Shown piece after piece: positions 1-10,100 of a DNA stretch of 64,000 bases (position 1 is the first letter of the stretch; each line of letters opens with the position of its first letter). The position numbers were made by a program, and so were the translations under genes. Under the pieces are notes generated by a model. The model was not told the DNA's origin and searched no databases. It saw only the letters and a program-made list of their open reading frames with translations. This DNA is from a bacterium (GTDB lineage Bacteria > RBG-13-61-14 > DATKZS01). Where the stretch lies: NCBI GenBank assembly GCA_963674965.2, contig CAXXFL010000001.1, forward strand, positions 480,001-544,000, in the 5' to 3' direction.

Positions 1-198
1 CTTGACGTGGACGAGGCCAAGGTCGCGCCCGAGGCCAAATTTATCGACGACCTCGGCGTAAGCTCGATGGACCTTTGGGAACTGGTGCTGGTCATGGAGG
101 ATGAGTTCGACCTCGAGGTGCCCGACGAGGACCTCGAGAAGATAGTCAGCATCCAGGACGCCATCGATTTCGTCGAGTCTCAGATCGGCAAGGAATAA
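1..198 (+). CDS. acpP: acyl carrier protein (5' end outside window)
   Basis: Acidic ACP pattern FIDDLGVSSMDLWELVLVMEDEFDLEVPDEDLEKI; frame open from base 1. Confidence 0.9.
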   Translation, partial: LDVDEAKVAPEAKFIDDLGVSSMDLWELVLVMEDEFDLEVPDEDLEKIVSIQDAIDFVESQIGKE

Positions 199-230
199 AA
201 AACTCCTCGGGAAAGAGGCGTCATTTTCAG

Positions 231-255
231 GCGGGCCATAAGGTCCGCTTTTTTT
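231..255 (+). terminator. intrinsic terminator after acpP
   Basis: gcgggcc-ataa-ggtccgc hairpin followed by T7. Confidence 0.8.
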
Positions 256-324
256 AATAGGGTATTGGCGCCTTGCCCGCCCGTTGCAACGAGTCGCGTA
301 ACCGTGTACCTTCTAAGACGTCCG

Positions 325-993
325 ATGAAGAAGACGCTTTATCCGCTTTTTTTCATTTTGCTCGCGGCGTTTCGGGCCGGGTCCGAGCCCGGTCCGGCGG
401 CCAAGGACCCGGACCCCTCTCCCTACGACCTTATTGTGGACCATAGCGAATGGACCTCTCCATCCGGGAAGCTCATTGATTTCTGCCTGCTGGGAAAGGC
501 GGGGGAGGAGAGGGCAAGGACCGCGGCCGTCTATCAGTTCGAGCAAGGCGAGTGGAATAGAGCTTTCCTCGACAGGGACCGCAATTTTTCGCCGTGGAAG
601 ATCGAGGCCGTCGAGTTGGACGGCGACCCCATGCCCGAGGTCGCGGTGGGCGTCTATAAAACGACCGTCCGCGACCCGGTGGCGCGAAACAGACTCTTTA
701 TCTTCGACTGGAACGAGGACCATACCCTGGCCGCCAAGTGGCTGGGCTCGAGCCTTGGTCTTCCCCTTTTGGACTTCGGCTTCCAGGCCGGGGCAGACGG
801 GAAGGACCGGCTTGTAACCATCGAGCAAAACGGGGACGAACGCCTGGTCCTCCGCGCCTACCGCTGGAAGGGCTTCGGTTTCGCGCACGAAAGGGAAATT
901 ATACGGGTCGTGAACCCGAAGGATAAAAATGACGCCATCTCGCGTCTCGAGAAAAAGCTTATCGAGCTTACGGAAAAAGGAGAGAGGCCATGA
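325..993 (+). CDS. secreted hypothetical protein, translationally coupled to DUF3160 gene
   Basis: ATG 325 with signal-peptide-like MKKTLYPLFFILLAAF; DxDGD-like loop (ELDGDPMPEVAVGVYK); ATGA overlap with next gene. Confidence 0.75.
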   Translation: MKKTLYPLFFILLAAFRAGSEPGPAAKDPDPSPYDLIVDHSEWTSPSGKLIDFCLLGKAGEERARTAAVYQFEQGEWNRAFLDRDRNFSPWKIEAVELDGDPMPEVAVGVYKTTVRDPVARNRLFIFDWNEDHTLAAKWLGSSLGLPLLDFGFQAGADGKDRLVTIEQNGDERLVLRAYRWKGFGFAHEREIIRVVNPKDKNDAISRLEKKLIELTEKGERP

Positions 994-3422
994 AATCATT
1001 CATATTGCGGACGGCTTATTTGTCGATCGCGGCTTTACTGTTTGTTTCCGCGTCGGCGATCGCGGCCGTTAACCCGGACGCGATCGATCTGGGCATGGAC
1101 GTAAAGGGCCTTGACGCCGAGGCGCTTAAGCTCCATAAAAACGCGGTATACGCCAGGCACTGCAAGTATTTCACCGAGGCCCACGCCCGGGCCGCCTTCC
1201 GGGGTTACCAGGAGAACAAGTGCGGAAGCGACTTCTACTGGGGCGACCCCAAGCCCTTTGACGAGAATAAGCTGAGCAAAGCGGAGAAGGACTTTATCGC
1301 CCGCGTCGAGAAAAGGGAAGCCGAGCTCCGTAAGTCGCAAATAAAAAAGGAAGGCGGCAAGCTGGTTTTCGACAGGAACGCGGTGGTCAACATTTCCCAG
1401 TTCCGCGAGCTTTCGCCCCGGGTGATGGACAAGCTCTTCCAGAACGGCTTTGTGGCCGTGCCCAGCGAGCACGAGCAGCTTTTCCAGGTGTACGAGGGAA
1501 ACGACTACAAGCTTATACCCAACTTCATTACCACCGACTCGGTGCTTCAGCTCTATCACCTTTATTTCGACTTTACCCTGCGCCAGATCGAGGAAGAAAA
1601 GCTCCTGCCCGAGGCCCGCTCCCTTTGTATCGAGATGGCCATGAAGCTGAACGGATTGAAGAATAAATATAAAACCGGAAGTGAAAACAAAGCCTTAAAC
1701 GTTGCCGTGGTTTACTTCGCCGTGGCGGAGGACATGGCCACCATGTCCCCGGAGAAGCCCAAGGAAGGTGAGGGGGAAGAAGAAATCTACGATTACGAGC
1801 ACATGCCCGAGCCGGGTCCGCCCGAGCTTATCTCGGAGGATGACTATAAACGTCCGCCTCCCGCGTGGCTGGATACCTCGCTCCACGCCGACTTCCTGCT
1901 CCAGCGAGAGCTGATACTGAAAGCCAAGGAAACGAAAAAAGGGCCCATTATGGGCACGGTCGATTACACCATGTTCATACCTCGCGGCCATTACACTCGG
2001 AGCAAGGCCCTGGCCGCCTACTTTCGGACCCTTATGTGGATGGGGCTGCCGGGCTTCATTTTGGACGACAACGTCATGCCCGTCGAGACCCCTCTTATCA
2101 TCTCCCACGTCCTGACCGGCGACCCGACCCTGATGCAGAAGTATAACCTGATTTACGAGCCCACCTGTTTTTACGTGGGCCCTACCGACGACATAACGCC
2201 CATGCTGGTCAAAGAGGTGGCGGACGAGATATGCGGCAAGGACTCATCCCTCGACGCCTGGCTGGCCAAAAAGGACGAGATCGTAAAGGAACTGATCAAA
2301 AGGGACCCCACCAGGATAAGGATAACCAACCTTTCCCCCGAGAAGATGTCCCAGCTCGACGACCGCAACAAGCCGCAGGTCAGAGTCATGGGCATGCGCT
2401 ACATACCCGACTCGGAGATGTTCCAGCGTTTGACCCACTTCGAGCGCCGACCCTTCCCGACTGGCCTGGACGTCTTCGGCGTCATGGGGGTCGAGACGGC
2501 CCTTAAGCTCCTCAAGGACTCGAAAATCGAATGGGACGGCTATTGGCCCGCAATGGAGGAACTCCAGGTCCAGTTCAAGGACATGAAGCCGCAGAGCGGC
2601 GAGGACAACCTCTACTGGAGGTGGATGCACCTTCTCAAGACCCTTAACCAGCCGCCGCCGGCCGCCGCGCCGGAGACCTTCAAGACCCCGGCCTGGCAAG
2701 CAAAAAACCTGACCACTTCCCTGGCCAGCTGGGCCGAGCTTCGTCACGACACCATCCTTTACGCCAAGCCCGCCTTTGCCGAGGGGGGCGGGGAGGAGGA
2801 GATGCCGCCCAGGATGGTGGGCTACGTCGAGCCCAGGCCCGACGTGTTCAAGGAACTCCTCGAGCTGCAACGGCTGACCTATACGAGCCTCGAGAAAAAG
2901 GGACTTCTTACCGAGCGCCTGACCAACGTGGGCGCCGACGTGGAGGAGGTCTTCAAGAGGCTGCTCGAGATCACTGAAAAGGAAGTGGCGGGCAAGACCT
3001 TGTCCGATGACGACTACGGGTACATCAAGCGGATGGGCAACGCCCTCGAGTGGCTGACCATCGGCATCCTCACCGACCCGTATAACGACTGGTACCAGGT
3101 GACCGGGCCCGACCGGTTCGTGGCCGTTATCGCCGACGTGCACACGGCCGGGGATACCACCCTCGAGGAAGGCGTGGGCTTTCCCGACGAGATTTACGTG
3201 CTTGCCGAGATCGAGGGAGAATTGTATATCACAAGGGGGGCGCTCCTCAGCTACTACGAGTTTACATGGCCCTCGAAGGACAGGCTGACCGACGAGAAAT
3301 GGCAGCAAACGCTAAGGGACGGAAAAGCACCGCCCCGTCCATCCTGGATTGACGAGTACTGGGTGGGAGAGAAGGCCAAAGAGTTTCCCTTATATTACGA
3401 TTACTCGCCGGGGGGATACTAA
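990..3422 (+). CDS. secreted DUF3160-domain protein with N-terminal YARHG-like domain
   Basis: Signal peptide; KNAVYARHC; FITTDSVLQLYH, PRGHYTRS, LASWAELRHDTILYAK, SYYEF, RLTDEKW motifs typical of DUF3160. Confidence 0.85.
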   Translation: MKSFILRTAYLSIAALLFVSASAIAAVNPDAIDLGMDVKGLDAEALKLHKNAVYARHCKYFTEAHARAAFRGYQENKCGSDFYWGDPKPFDENKLSKAEKDFIARVEKREAELRKSQIKKEGGKLVFDRNAVVNISQFRELSPRVMDKLFQNGFVAVPSEHEQLFQVYEGNDYKLIPNFITTDSVLQLYHLYFDFTLRQIEEEKLLPEARSLCIEMAMKLNGLKNKYKTGSENKALNVAVVYFAVAEDMATMSPEKPKEGEGEEEIYDYEHMPEPGPPELISEDDYKRPPPAWLDTSLHADFLLQRELILKAKETKKGPIMGTVDYTMFIPRGHYTRSKALAAYFRTLMWMGLPGFILDDNVMPVETPLIISHVLTGDPTLMQKYNLIYEPTCFYVGPTDDITPMLVKEVADEICGKDSSLDAWLAKKDEIVKELIKRDPTRIRITNLSPEKMSQLDDRNKPQVRVMGMRYIPDSEMFQRLTHFERRPFPTGLDVFGVMGVETALKLLKDSKIEWDGYWPAMEELQVQFKDMKPQSGEDNLYWRWMHLLKTLNQPPPAAAPETFKTPAWQAKNLTTSLASWAELRHDTILYAKPAFAEGGGEEEMPPRMVGYVEPRPDVFKELLELQRLTYTSLEKKGLLTERLTNVGADVEEVFKRLLEITEKEVAGKTLSDDDYGYIKRMGNALEWLTIGILTDPYNDWYQVTGPDRFVAVIADVHTAGDTTLEEGVGFPDEIYVLAEIEGELYITRGALLSYYEFTWPSKDRLTDEKWQQTLRDGKAPPRPSWIDEYWVGEKAKEFPLYYDYSPGGY
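3391..3420 (+). repeat. 30-bp direct repeat copy 1 (3' end of DUF3160 gene)
   Basis: tatattacgattactcgccggggggatact identical to 4241-4270. Confidence 0.95.
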
Positions 3423-3549
3423 GCGGCCTCCTACCAGCGAAAAGCGCTTGACTTGGCCGCGACGATTGAAGTAGCCTGAGCTTGCCGGGAGGAATGAAGC
3501 GAGACCCGAGGGTCCGTTTCCCAGCCGGAGACTGAATCGAGCGTGGAAC

Positions 3550-3696
3550 ATGGCGAAGGCCCCATCCGCGGGCCTCGCCTGTAAACCTCTTTTAGTAGAG
3601 GCAGACGAAATGGGAAACAAGCCCACTAATATTACCCTGGCCCGTAAAAGCGGAGTCCCCGCCGCGCGCCTGGTCCCGCTCAGGATCCGGCCATGA
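3550..3696 (+). pseudogene. possible degenerate Phd/YefM-like antitoxin remnant
   Basis: 48-codon ORF ending TNITLARKSGVPAARLVPLRIRP, resembling Phd I-x-I-TR-x-GKPVARLVP; ATGA overlap with next ORF. Confidence 0.3.
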
Positions 3697-4154
3697 AAGC
3701 TCCCGCCTGCTCCTGCGGCGGCCGGCTGGACCAGGTCGAGGCCGACAAGTACCAATGCTCCAGTTGTGGTAAGGTCCATCATCTAGTGGACCGGCCCGCC
3801 GATCCAACCGACAAGCGACTCGATATAGAGAAGACCAGACGCGAACTCGAAAAGGTCGAGGAAGAAATTTATTGGCTCAATTTGTCTATAGTAGGCCCCG
3901 CGGCAAGATACATGCGGTTTCTCAGCATTGGGGGCATTATTATGAGCGTTTTCGGAATGGTTTATGACCTTTTCCGAGGCGGCCATGGAAATTCCAATAT
4001 GAGTTTATTAGTCGCCAGCGCCGCCGTGTTTTTGGTTTGCACGCTAATCTTAAAAGCCCAGAGATGGGAGAAGGAAAATCGTATCGATGACCTGAAAATC
4101 AAAAGACGGTACCTGCGAATGAAACTCAAAGCCTACAAGTCTAAAAAGGCTTAA
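3693..4154 (+). CDS. hypothetical membrane protein with N-terminal Zn-ribbon-like motif
   Basis: CSCGG...CSSCG, coiled-coil-like segment, two hydrophobic helices, basic tail; AT-richer than flanks. Confidence 0.65.
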   Translation: MKAPACSCGGRLDQVEADKYQCSSCGKVHHLVDRPADPTDKRLDIEKTRRELEKVEEEIYWLNLSIVGPAARYMRFLSIGGIIMSVFGMVYDLFRGGHGNSNMSLLVASAAVFLVCTLILKAQRWEKENRIDDLKIKRRYLRMKLKAYKSKKA

Positions 4155-4240
4155 TCGCGGATTGAATTTCAATACTGAAGCGCGCATCCAGCCTCACGGG
4201 CACTGGACGGTCCTTGGCTTTGCGAAACGGTGGTTCCACC

Positions 4241-4270
4241 TATATTACGATTACTCGCCGGGGGGATACT
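4241..4270 (+). repeat. 30-bp direct repeat copy 2 (non-coding)
   Basis: Identical to 3391-3420, 850 bp apart. Confidence 0.95.
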
Positions 4271-4282
4271 GAGGTATCCCCC
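4261..4282. terminator. hairpin between convergent genes
   Basis: gggggatac-tgag-gtatccccc perfect 9-bp stem; no clear U tract. Confidence 0.45.
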
Positions 4283-4298
4283 TTCAGCGAGGCGCTCT

Positions 4299-4724
4299 CT
4301 ACTGGGCGGCGGTTTTAGCTTCCGGCTCGGCCTGGGCCTCCCGCAACAGGTGGGGAAAAGCCCGGTGCAGCAGGTCGTCCAGGTACTCGAGGGGAAAGGG
4401 CTTGATAAGGAAATACTTGGCGCCCAGTTTCTTTGCCTCCTCCAGGATGTCGTCCCTGGGGTAGGCCGACATGAAGATGACCGGCACCTCGGCGGTGCCG
4501 TCGTTGTTTCTCAGGGCCTTGAGGAGGGTAACGCCGTCGAGCTTGGGCATGCGGATGTCGGAGATTATAAGGTCCGGCACCATGTACATCGAGAGCAGGA
4601 GCACCTCGAAGCCGTTGGCCAGGGTCTTGATCTCGAACCCCGCCTTGGTCAGGTATCTTTGGAGCGAGTACCTGATGGTCTGGTCGTCGTCGACCACGAA
4701 GATGAGTTTCTTTTTCGTTTCCAT
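4299..4724 (-). CDS. single-domain response regulator (CheY-like)
   Basis: IFVVDDD, ISDIRMPKLDG, FMSA, FLIKPF. Confidence 0.92.
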   Translation of the reverse strand: METKKKLIFVVDDDQTIRYSLQRYLTKAGFEIKTLANGFEVLLLSMYMVPDLIISDIRMPKLDGVTLLKALRNNDGTAEVPVIFMSAYPRDDILEEAKKLGAKYFLIKPFPLEYLDDLLHRAFPHLLREAQAEPEAKTAAQ

Positions 4725-4776
4725 TTTGCACCTCTTTATACAGGCTATGGTTTCTTCGGCCGCCCTTTCCGGCGGC

Positions 4777-5844
4777 TCAGTTTTTCATATCCTCCAGCTC
4801 GGCCGCCGTTTCCTTGCCCGCGCTCACGTCAAGGACGGCCTTGAGCTCGATCTCGATTTTTCCGTCCCCCCTCGATTTGAGTCCGGCCTGGTCCACGGAG
4901 ACGAGACGTCCCTTTTTGAAGAGCGACTCGATGAGAACGCCCTTGCCGCCCTTGTCCGACTTCATGATCCTCTCGGTCAGATCGGGGACCGGCATCAGCT
5001 CTTCCACGCCCCTCTCGAACTCCTCGATCACGGGCCGGAGCTCCTTTTCGCTTCCCTTATAAAAGACCACCCGCTTGTCGAGGAATTTTTCGATTTCATC
5101 CTCCGCCCCGTCGCGGAAGGGGTTGGCCGAGACCATGTGCAGTTTTCCATCCTCGATAAACAGGGGAATGACCAGGTATTTCTTCATGAGGGAAAGGGGG
5201 AATTCCCCGATCAGGACCGGATCGAGCATCTGCTCGTTCACGTGCACGAAGGGTATCTCGAGGAAGCTGGAGGTGGCCCAGTCCAGATCGTCCTCCGAGG
5301 TGGCGCCGTTGGCGATCAGTTCTTCCCTCAGGCTCGAGCCCTTTTGGGCGGACTCGATTTTGGCCTTCTCGAAGGCGGCCCCCGATATCCATCCCGACTC
5401 GAGCAGTATCTCGCCGAGCAGGACCTCGCTCGATATGGGCCGGCCCTCCCTGAGGAGGGACTTGGCCGCGGCCTGGCCCACGGTCTTGACCACTCTCCGC
5501 ACGTCGTCGAAGGGCTTGATCATAACGGCGTGGGCGCCCAGTTTGCCGGCCTCTCCCACCATGTCGTCGTTCGAGTATGAGGTCATGATGATTATCTCGG
5601 TGGTGGGCCACATCCTTTTCAGGACGCGCATGCACTCGAGTCCGTTCATGACGGGCATCTTCAGGTCCATCAGCACGGCCCTCGCGGTTTTTTGGACCAG
5701 CGCGTCCAGGGCCTCGGTCCCGCACTGCGCCGTCCTAACCTCGTAGCCCTTGCGCTGGAGGGCCCGCTCGCAGGCCACCCGTATGATGCCGGCGTCGTCA
5801 ACGATCAGCACTTCACGCTCGTAGGTATCCAAGGCTTTATCCAT
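4777..5844 (-). CDS. response regulator fused to GspE/PilB N-terminal (MshEN-like) domains
   Basis: REC (VLIVDD, MDLKMP, IKPF) then LLGEILLESGWIS...IPFVHV...KYLVIPL...MVSANPF; no Walker A motif. Confidence 0.8.
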   Translation of the reverse strand: MDKALDTYEREVLIVDDAGIIRVACERALQRKGYEVRTAQCGTEALDALVQKTARAVLMDLKMPVMNGLECMRVLKRMWPTTEIIIMTSYSNDDMVGEAGKLGAHAVMIKPFDDVRRVVKTVGQAAAKSLLREGRPISSEVLLGEILLESGWISGAAFEKAKIESAQKGSSLREELIANGATSEDDLDWATSSFLEIPFVHVNEQMLDPVLIGEFPLSLMKKYLVIPLFIEDGKLHMVSANPFRDGAEDEIEKFLDKRVVFYKGSEKELRPVIEEFERGVEELMPVPDLTERIMKSDKGGKGVLIESLFKKGRLVSVDQAGLKSRGDGKIEIELKAVLDVSAGKETAAELEDMKN

Positions 5845-5855
5845 GCTCTCATCCT

Positions 5856-7112
5856 TTATTTTTCCCGGGGTGGGGCCGCGGGCAAGTTGATCTTGAACAG
5901 GGCCCCCCTCTCGGGCACGCTGTGGACCTCGATCGACCCTCCATGGTCCTTGACTATGCCGTAGACAATGGACAGGCCCAGGCCGGTCCCCTCTCCCTCC
6001 GGCTTGGTGGTGAAGAAGGGGTCGAATATCTTCTCCTTTACCTCGTCGGGAATCCCGGGGCCGTGGTCCTCGACCTCGATCTCGGCCCCGCCGTCCTCCC
6101 GGGCCCGCCCGCGTATGGCCACGCTTCCATGCTCGTCCATGGCGTGGGCCGCGTTCAAGATAAGGTTCATGAGCACCTGCTGGACCTGGCTGGGATTGGC
6201 CCAGAGCAGGGGAAGGTCGTCGTCATACTCGGTCTCGAGCTCGATCTTCCTGTTCCTCAGCTCGTGCCCGATAAGGGTCGCCGTCCGGTCCACGATGGCG
6301 GGCAGGTATACCTCCTCCCTCCTCTTGTCGTCCGATTGCCTGGCAAAGGAAAGAAGGCCCTGCACGATCTCCTTGCATTGGTGGACCGCCTGCTCGATCT
6401 GCCTTAAGTCCTCGACGACCTCGTCCTCCTTTTGTTCCATCAGCATCACCTGGGCCAGGGCCAGGATGCCGGAAAGAGGATTGTTGATCTCGTGGGCCAC
6501 GCCCCCCGCCAGGGTCCCGATCGAGGCCATCTTCTCCGACTGCACCAGCTTGCCCTGGGCCTCCCTCAAGGCCCGGGTCCTTTCCTCGACCTTTCTCTCG
6601 AGTCCCTCGTTAAGCTCGAGAAGCTCCTGGTTCTGTTCCTCGATTTTATTCAGGAGCCGCTCGTTAAAGTCCTTTAACTGCCAGTTCTTAAGGCCCGCCT
6701 TGATGGTGACCTTGAGGTCCTCGTCGTTCCAGGGCTTGGTCAGAAACCTGAATATCTCGACCTTGTTGATCGCCTCCTCGGCCGTCTTCAGGTCCGAGTA
6801 GCCCGTGAGCATGACCCGGACCGTCTCCGGTTTTATCTCCTTGGCCTTGCTCAGGAACTCGATCCCGCTCATGATCGGCATACGCTGGTCGCTCACGATC
6901 AGGTGGACCTCGTTTTGCGCGAGCGTATCGAGTCCCGCCTGGCCGCAGTCGGCGGTGACGATATTGTATCCCTCGTGCTTGAGCACCCTCTTCAGGCTCC
7001 TCAGCACGTTAGCCTCGTCGTCCACCAAAAGGACCGTGAGCTCGCCCATGTCCCTGGGCCTGACGCGGGATTCCTCGGCTTCTTCCAGCTTGATTAAAGG
7101 ATGAACGGTCAT
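5856..7112 (-). CDS. hybrid REC-histidine kinase
   Basis: LLVDDE/SDQRMP receiver; H-box [33 protein letters not shown]. Confidence 0.93.
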   Translation of the reverse strand: MTVHPLIKLEEAEESRVRPRDMGELTVLLVDDEANVLRSLKRVLKHEGYNIVTADCGQAGLDTLAQNEVHLIVSDQRMPIMSGIEFLSKAKEIKPETVRVMLTGYSDLKTAEEAINKVEIFRFLTKPWNDEDLKVTIKAGLKNWQLKDFNERLLNKIEEQNQELLELNEGLERKVEERTRALREAQGKLVQSEKMASIGTLAGGVAHEINNPLSGILALAQVMLMEQKEDEVVEDLRQIEQAVHQCKEIVQGLLSFARQSDDKRREEVYLPAIVDRTATLIGHELRNRKIELETEYDDDLPLLWANPSQVQQVLMNLILNAAHAMDEHGSVAIRGRAREDGGAEIEVEDHGPGIPDEVKEKIFDPFFTTKPEGEGTGLGLSIVYGIVKDHGGSIEVHSVPERGALFKINLPAAPPREK

Positions 7113-10100
7113 CAGGAGGCCTCCTTCATGATTTCCGGACCGGTTATGGGCAGCCTTATGGTAAAGGTGGTCCCTTTCCCTTCCTCGCTCTTGACCTTGA
7201 TCTGGCCGCCGTGCTTTTGCACGATGCGATAGGAAATAGCCAGGCCCAGCCCGGTGCCCTTGCCAACCTCCTTCGTGGTGAAGAAGGGATCGAATATTCT
7301 GTTCATCAGCTCGGGCTTGATGCCGGAGCCGGTGTCGCTGACCTGGACGCAGACGTGATCGTCTTCCTTGTATGTTTTGAGCCTTATCTCCCCGTGCTCG
7401 GGGATGGCGTGGGAGGCGTTGATCAGAAGGTTCATGAAGACCTGGTTTAGCTCCTGCGGATACCCCTTGATGGGAGGAACGTCATCGAACTCCCTCAGGA
7501 CCTCGGCCTTGTATTTGAGCTCGTTCCACACGATGTTCAGGGTGCTCGCCAGTCCCTGCTGAACGTCGAGCCACTCGGGTTTGCCCGACTCGGGATGGGA
7601 AAACTCCCGCAGGTCGAGCACGATGGCCTTGACCCTGCTGGCCCCCTCCTGGCATTCCCTGATGATGTTCTCGAACTCCTCGAACAACTCGTCGGGATCG
7701 AGTTCCTCCCTTATCGCCCGCAGCCGGGATAAAAAGTCCGAATAGTCGTCGTCCAGCCCGTCCCCGGCCGCCTCCATGATGGCCTCGTAGCCGCAGGTGG
7801 GGGAATAATCCCTCGAGCCGGACCTCTCGAGGTCGCCGATCGAGTCGAGGACGTCGTCGTAGGTCCGGAAAAGCTTTAAAAGCTCCCGCCTGTATTCGTC
7901 GAGAACGTTCAGGTTCGAGCTGATGTAGCCCATGGGGTTGTTGATCTCGTGGGCCACGCCCGCGGCGAGCTGCCCGATGGAGGCCATCTTTTCCGATTGC
8001 AGGAGCTGCATGGTCGCGCTTTCTAGTTCCTCGTTCTTGCACATCAGCTCCTTGTTCTTGTTTTGGATGACGTCCAGGAGCTTTTGCCTGGCCACTCCCA
8101 TGGCCAGCTCGATGGCCATGTGCTTGATGGTGGCGCGCCTCTCCTCGGTGAAGTCGCTCGCGTCGGTGCTCATGAGGACGATCACGCCCTCCAGCTTTCC
8201 GTCCACCACCAGGGGCTCGGACAAAAGCGACTTGAGCCCCATGGTGGCCAGCTTTTTCCTGGTTCCGGCGGTCAACTTAAGGTCCGAGGCGTCGTCGATA
8301 AAAATGCTTTTCTTGAAAAGGGCGGACCTGCTGGCCAGGCCGCTGGCCGACCAGTCGGCCGCCGCCGCCGCTATCTCGGTCATGGACTTGGCGGAAAAAC
8401 TCTGGTGCGCCAGGAGTTTTAGCTCCTGGGAGTCCTGCACGAAAAGGGCTGCCACCGGAACGCCCATGATGGTGCAGATGCCGGTCAGGGCGTTCTGGGC
8501 CAGGCTGTTGAGGTCGGGGGCCTCCTTGATCGACTGGGAGATCGAGAGAAGCAGGTTCTTCTCGAACTCCTCCCTTTTCCGGGCCGTGATGTCACGGTAT
8601 ATGCTCTGAATACCAACGGCCTTGCCGCCGATAAAGATGGGTATGGACCTCACCTCGACGTCGATCACCCGGCCGTCCCTTCTGATGATCTCCATCTCGA
8701 ACTGGCGGGCGTAGCCGTCCTCGAGCATCCTGCTCACCAGGTTTTTGATCCGTTCGTGCTCGGCCTTGGGAAGGATGCCGTACTCGAGGACCGAGCGGCC
8801 GATGGTCGTCTCGTTGGGGTCCAGGCCCAGTAGCTGGGCCATCTGCCAATTCGACTCGATGACGGTAAAATCCAGGTCGTGGATCAAGATGGCGTCGGCG
8901 GCGTTGCGCATGTAGTTCCTGTACTTGGCCTCCGATTCCTCGAGGGCCACCGTCTTGTCGTTCAGCTCGAGCTCGAGTTCCTTTTTGTCCTGGACGTCGA
9001 CCGCGGCGTGGGACACGCCCGCCAGGCTGCCGTCCTCGTCCAGGAGCGCGTTAAGGGTGACGTAATTCCATTTCTTCCGGCCGTTCTTGTCCAGGTATTC
9101 CCTTTCCATGGACTCCTTGCCGCCGCCGGCCAGGACATCTTCGATCTTGCAGTCGGGGCAGGGACTCGTGTCCCAGCGGAAAGCCTCGTAACACTTAAGG
9201 CCGACTATTTCTCCATGAAGGGACTTGGCGTAGCGGTTGGAGAATATTATGGTGTAATCGGGGTCGATCTTGACCACCGACACGCCCGATCCCTCGAGAA
9301 TGGACTCGGCGTTTTCCGCTCGCGTGGCCATCTGCCTGAGCGAAACAAGGACGACCCTTACCGTGTAAATCCCGTTGACGAGGACAAGGGCCGATAAAAG
9401 AAGACCTATGGCCATGGAGGAGGTCGAGTCGGAAAGCACGAAGAACCAGGCGGCCGGAAACACCGTGAACAGGGCCAGAAGAAGATACGCGAGGTATTTG
9501 GCCCGCGTCACGTCGAAGGACGACTCCCATTTTATCAGGTGATTGCCGAGCGAGAAGATGGCCTTGTATTCCTCCTCGCCCACGTCCTCCCCGTCCCGGG
9601 CCTTGAACAGGGTCGATAGGGAGGCGGCCAGTCTTTTAATAAAGGACGGCGAGCGGTCGTCCCACTCCACCACGTACTCGCAGCGGCTCGAGCCGAAGGC
9701 CGTGCCGCATACCTCGACTTCTCCGTCCACCCGCGCCTCGCCCATGTCCGACTCGAGCCCGCCGGCTTCCCTGGCCTTGAGCCGGCCATCCTCGCCGAAC
9801 TCGTACTCCCTGCCGTCTATCGGGCCGGCCATGTCCACTCGCACCTGGCAGTGGCTCTCGCCAATCCGGTAGGACCCGACCCCGCTCTTGATTAAAATCC
9901 CCTCCATAACTCCCCTGGCCAAAAGGCAATGGTCCCGAGTATGAAGTCCGTCGTTGGCCCTCGAGATGGACAACCTTAATTTCCGGCCGTTGGTCTCCTC
10001 GATTTCCACCCGGTGGTTCCTGTCGATGAGCTTGGCGAAGCGGGGAAAATGGGAAAGGGTCTCCCTGGCGCCCACCTGCGTGAGAATGGCGCGGTCCAGC

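Noticed and set aside
3530-3620. Hammerhead or c-di-AMP/c-di-GMP riboswitch-like words (ctgaatcga, gacgaaa, gcctgtaaacc)
   Set aside because: Core consensus spacing and downstream conserved elements are missing.
3340-4270. Possible DGR template/variable repeat pair
   Set aside because: Differences are not adenine-specific, they include indels, and there is no reverse transcriptase.
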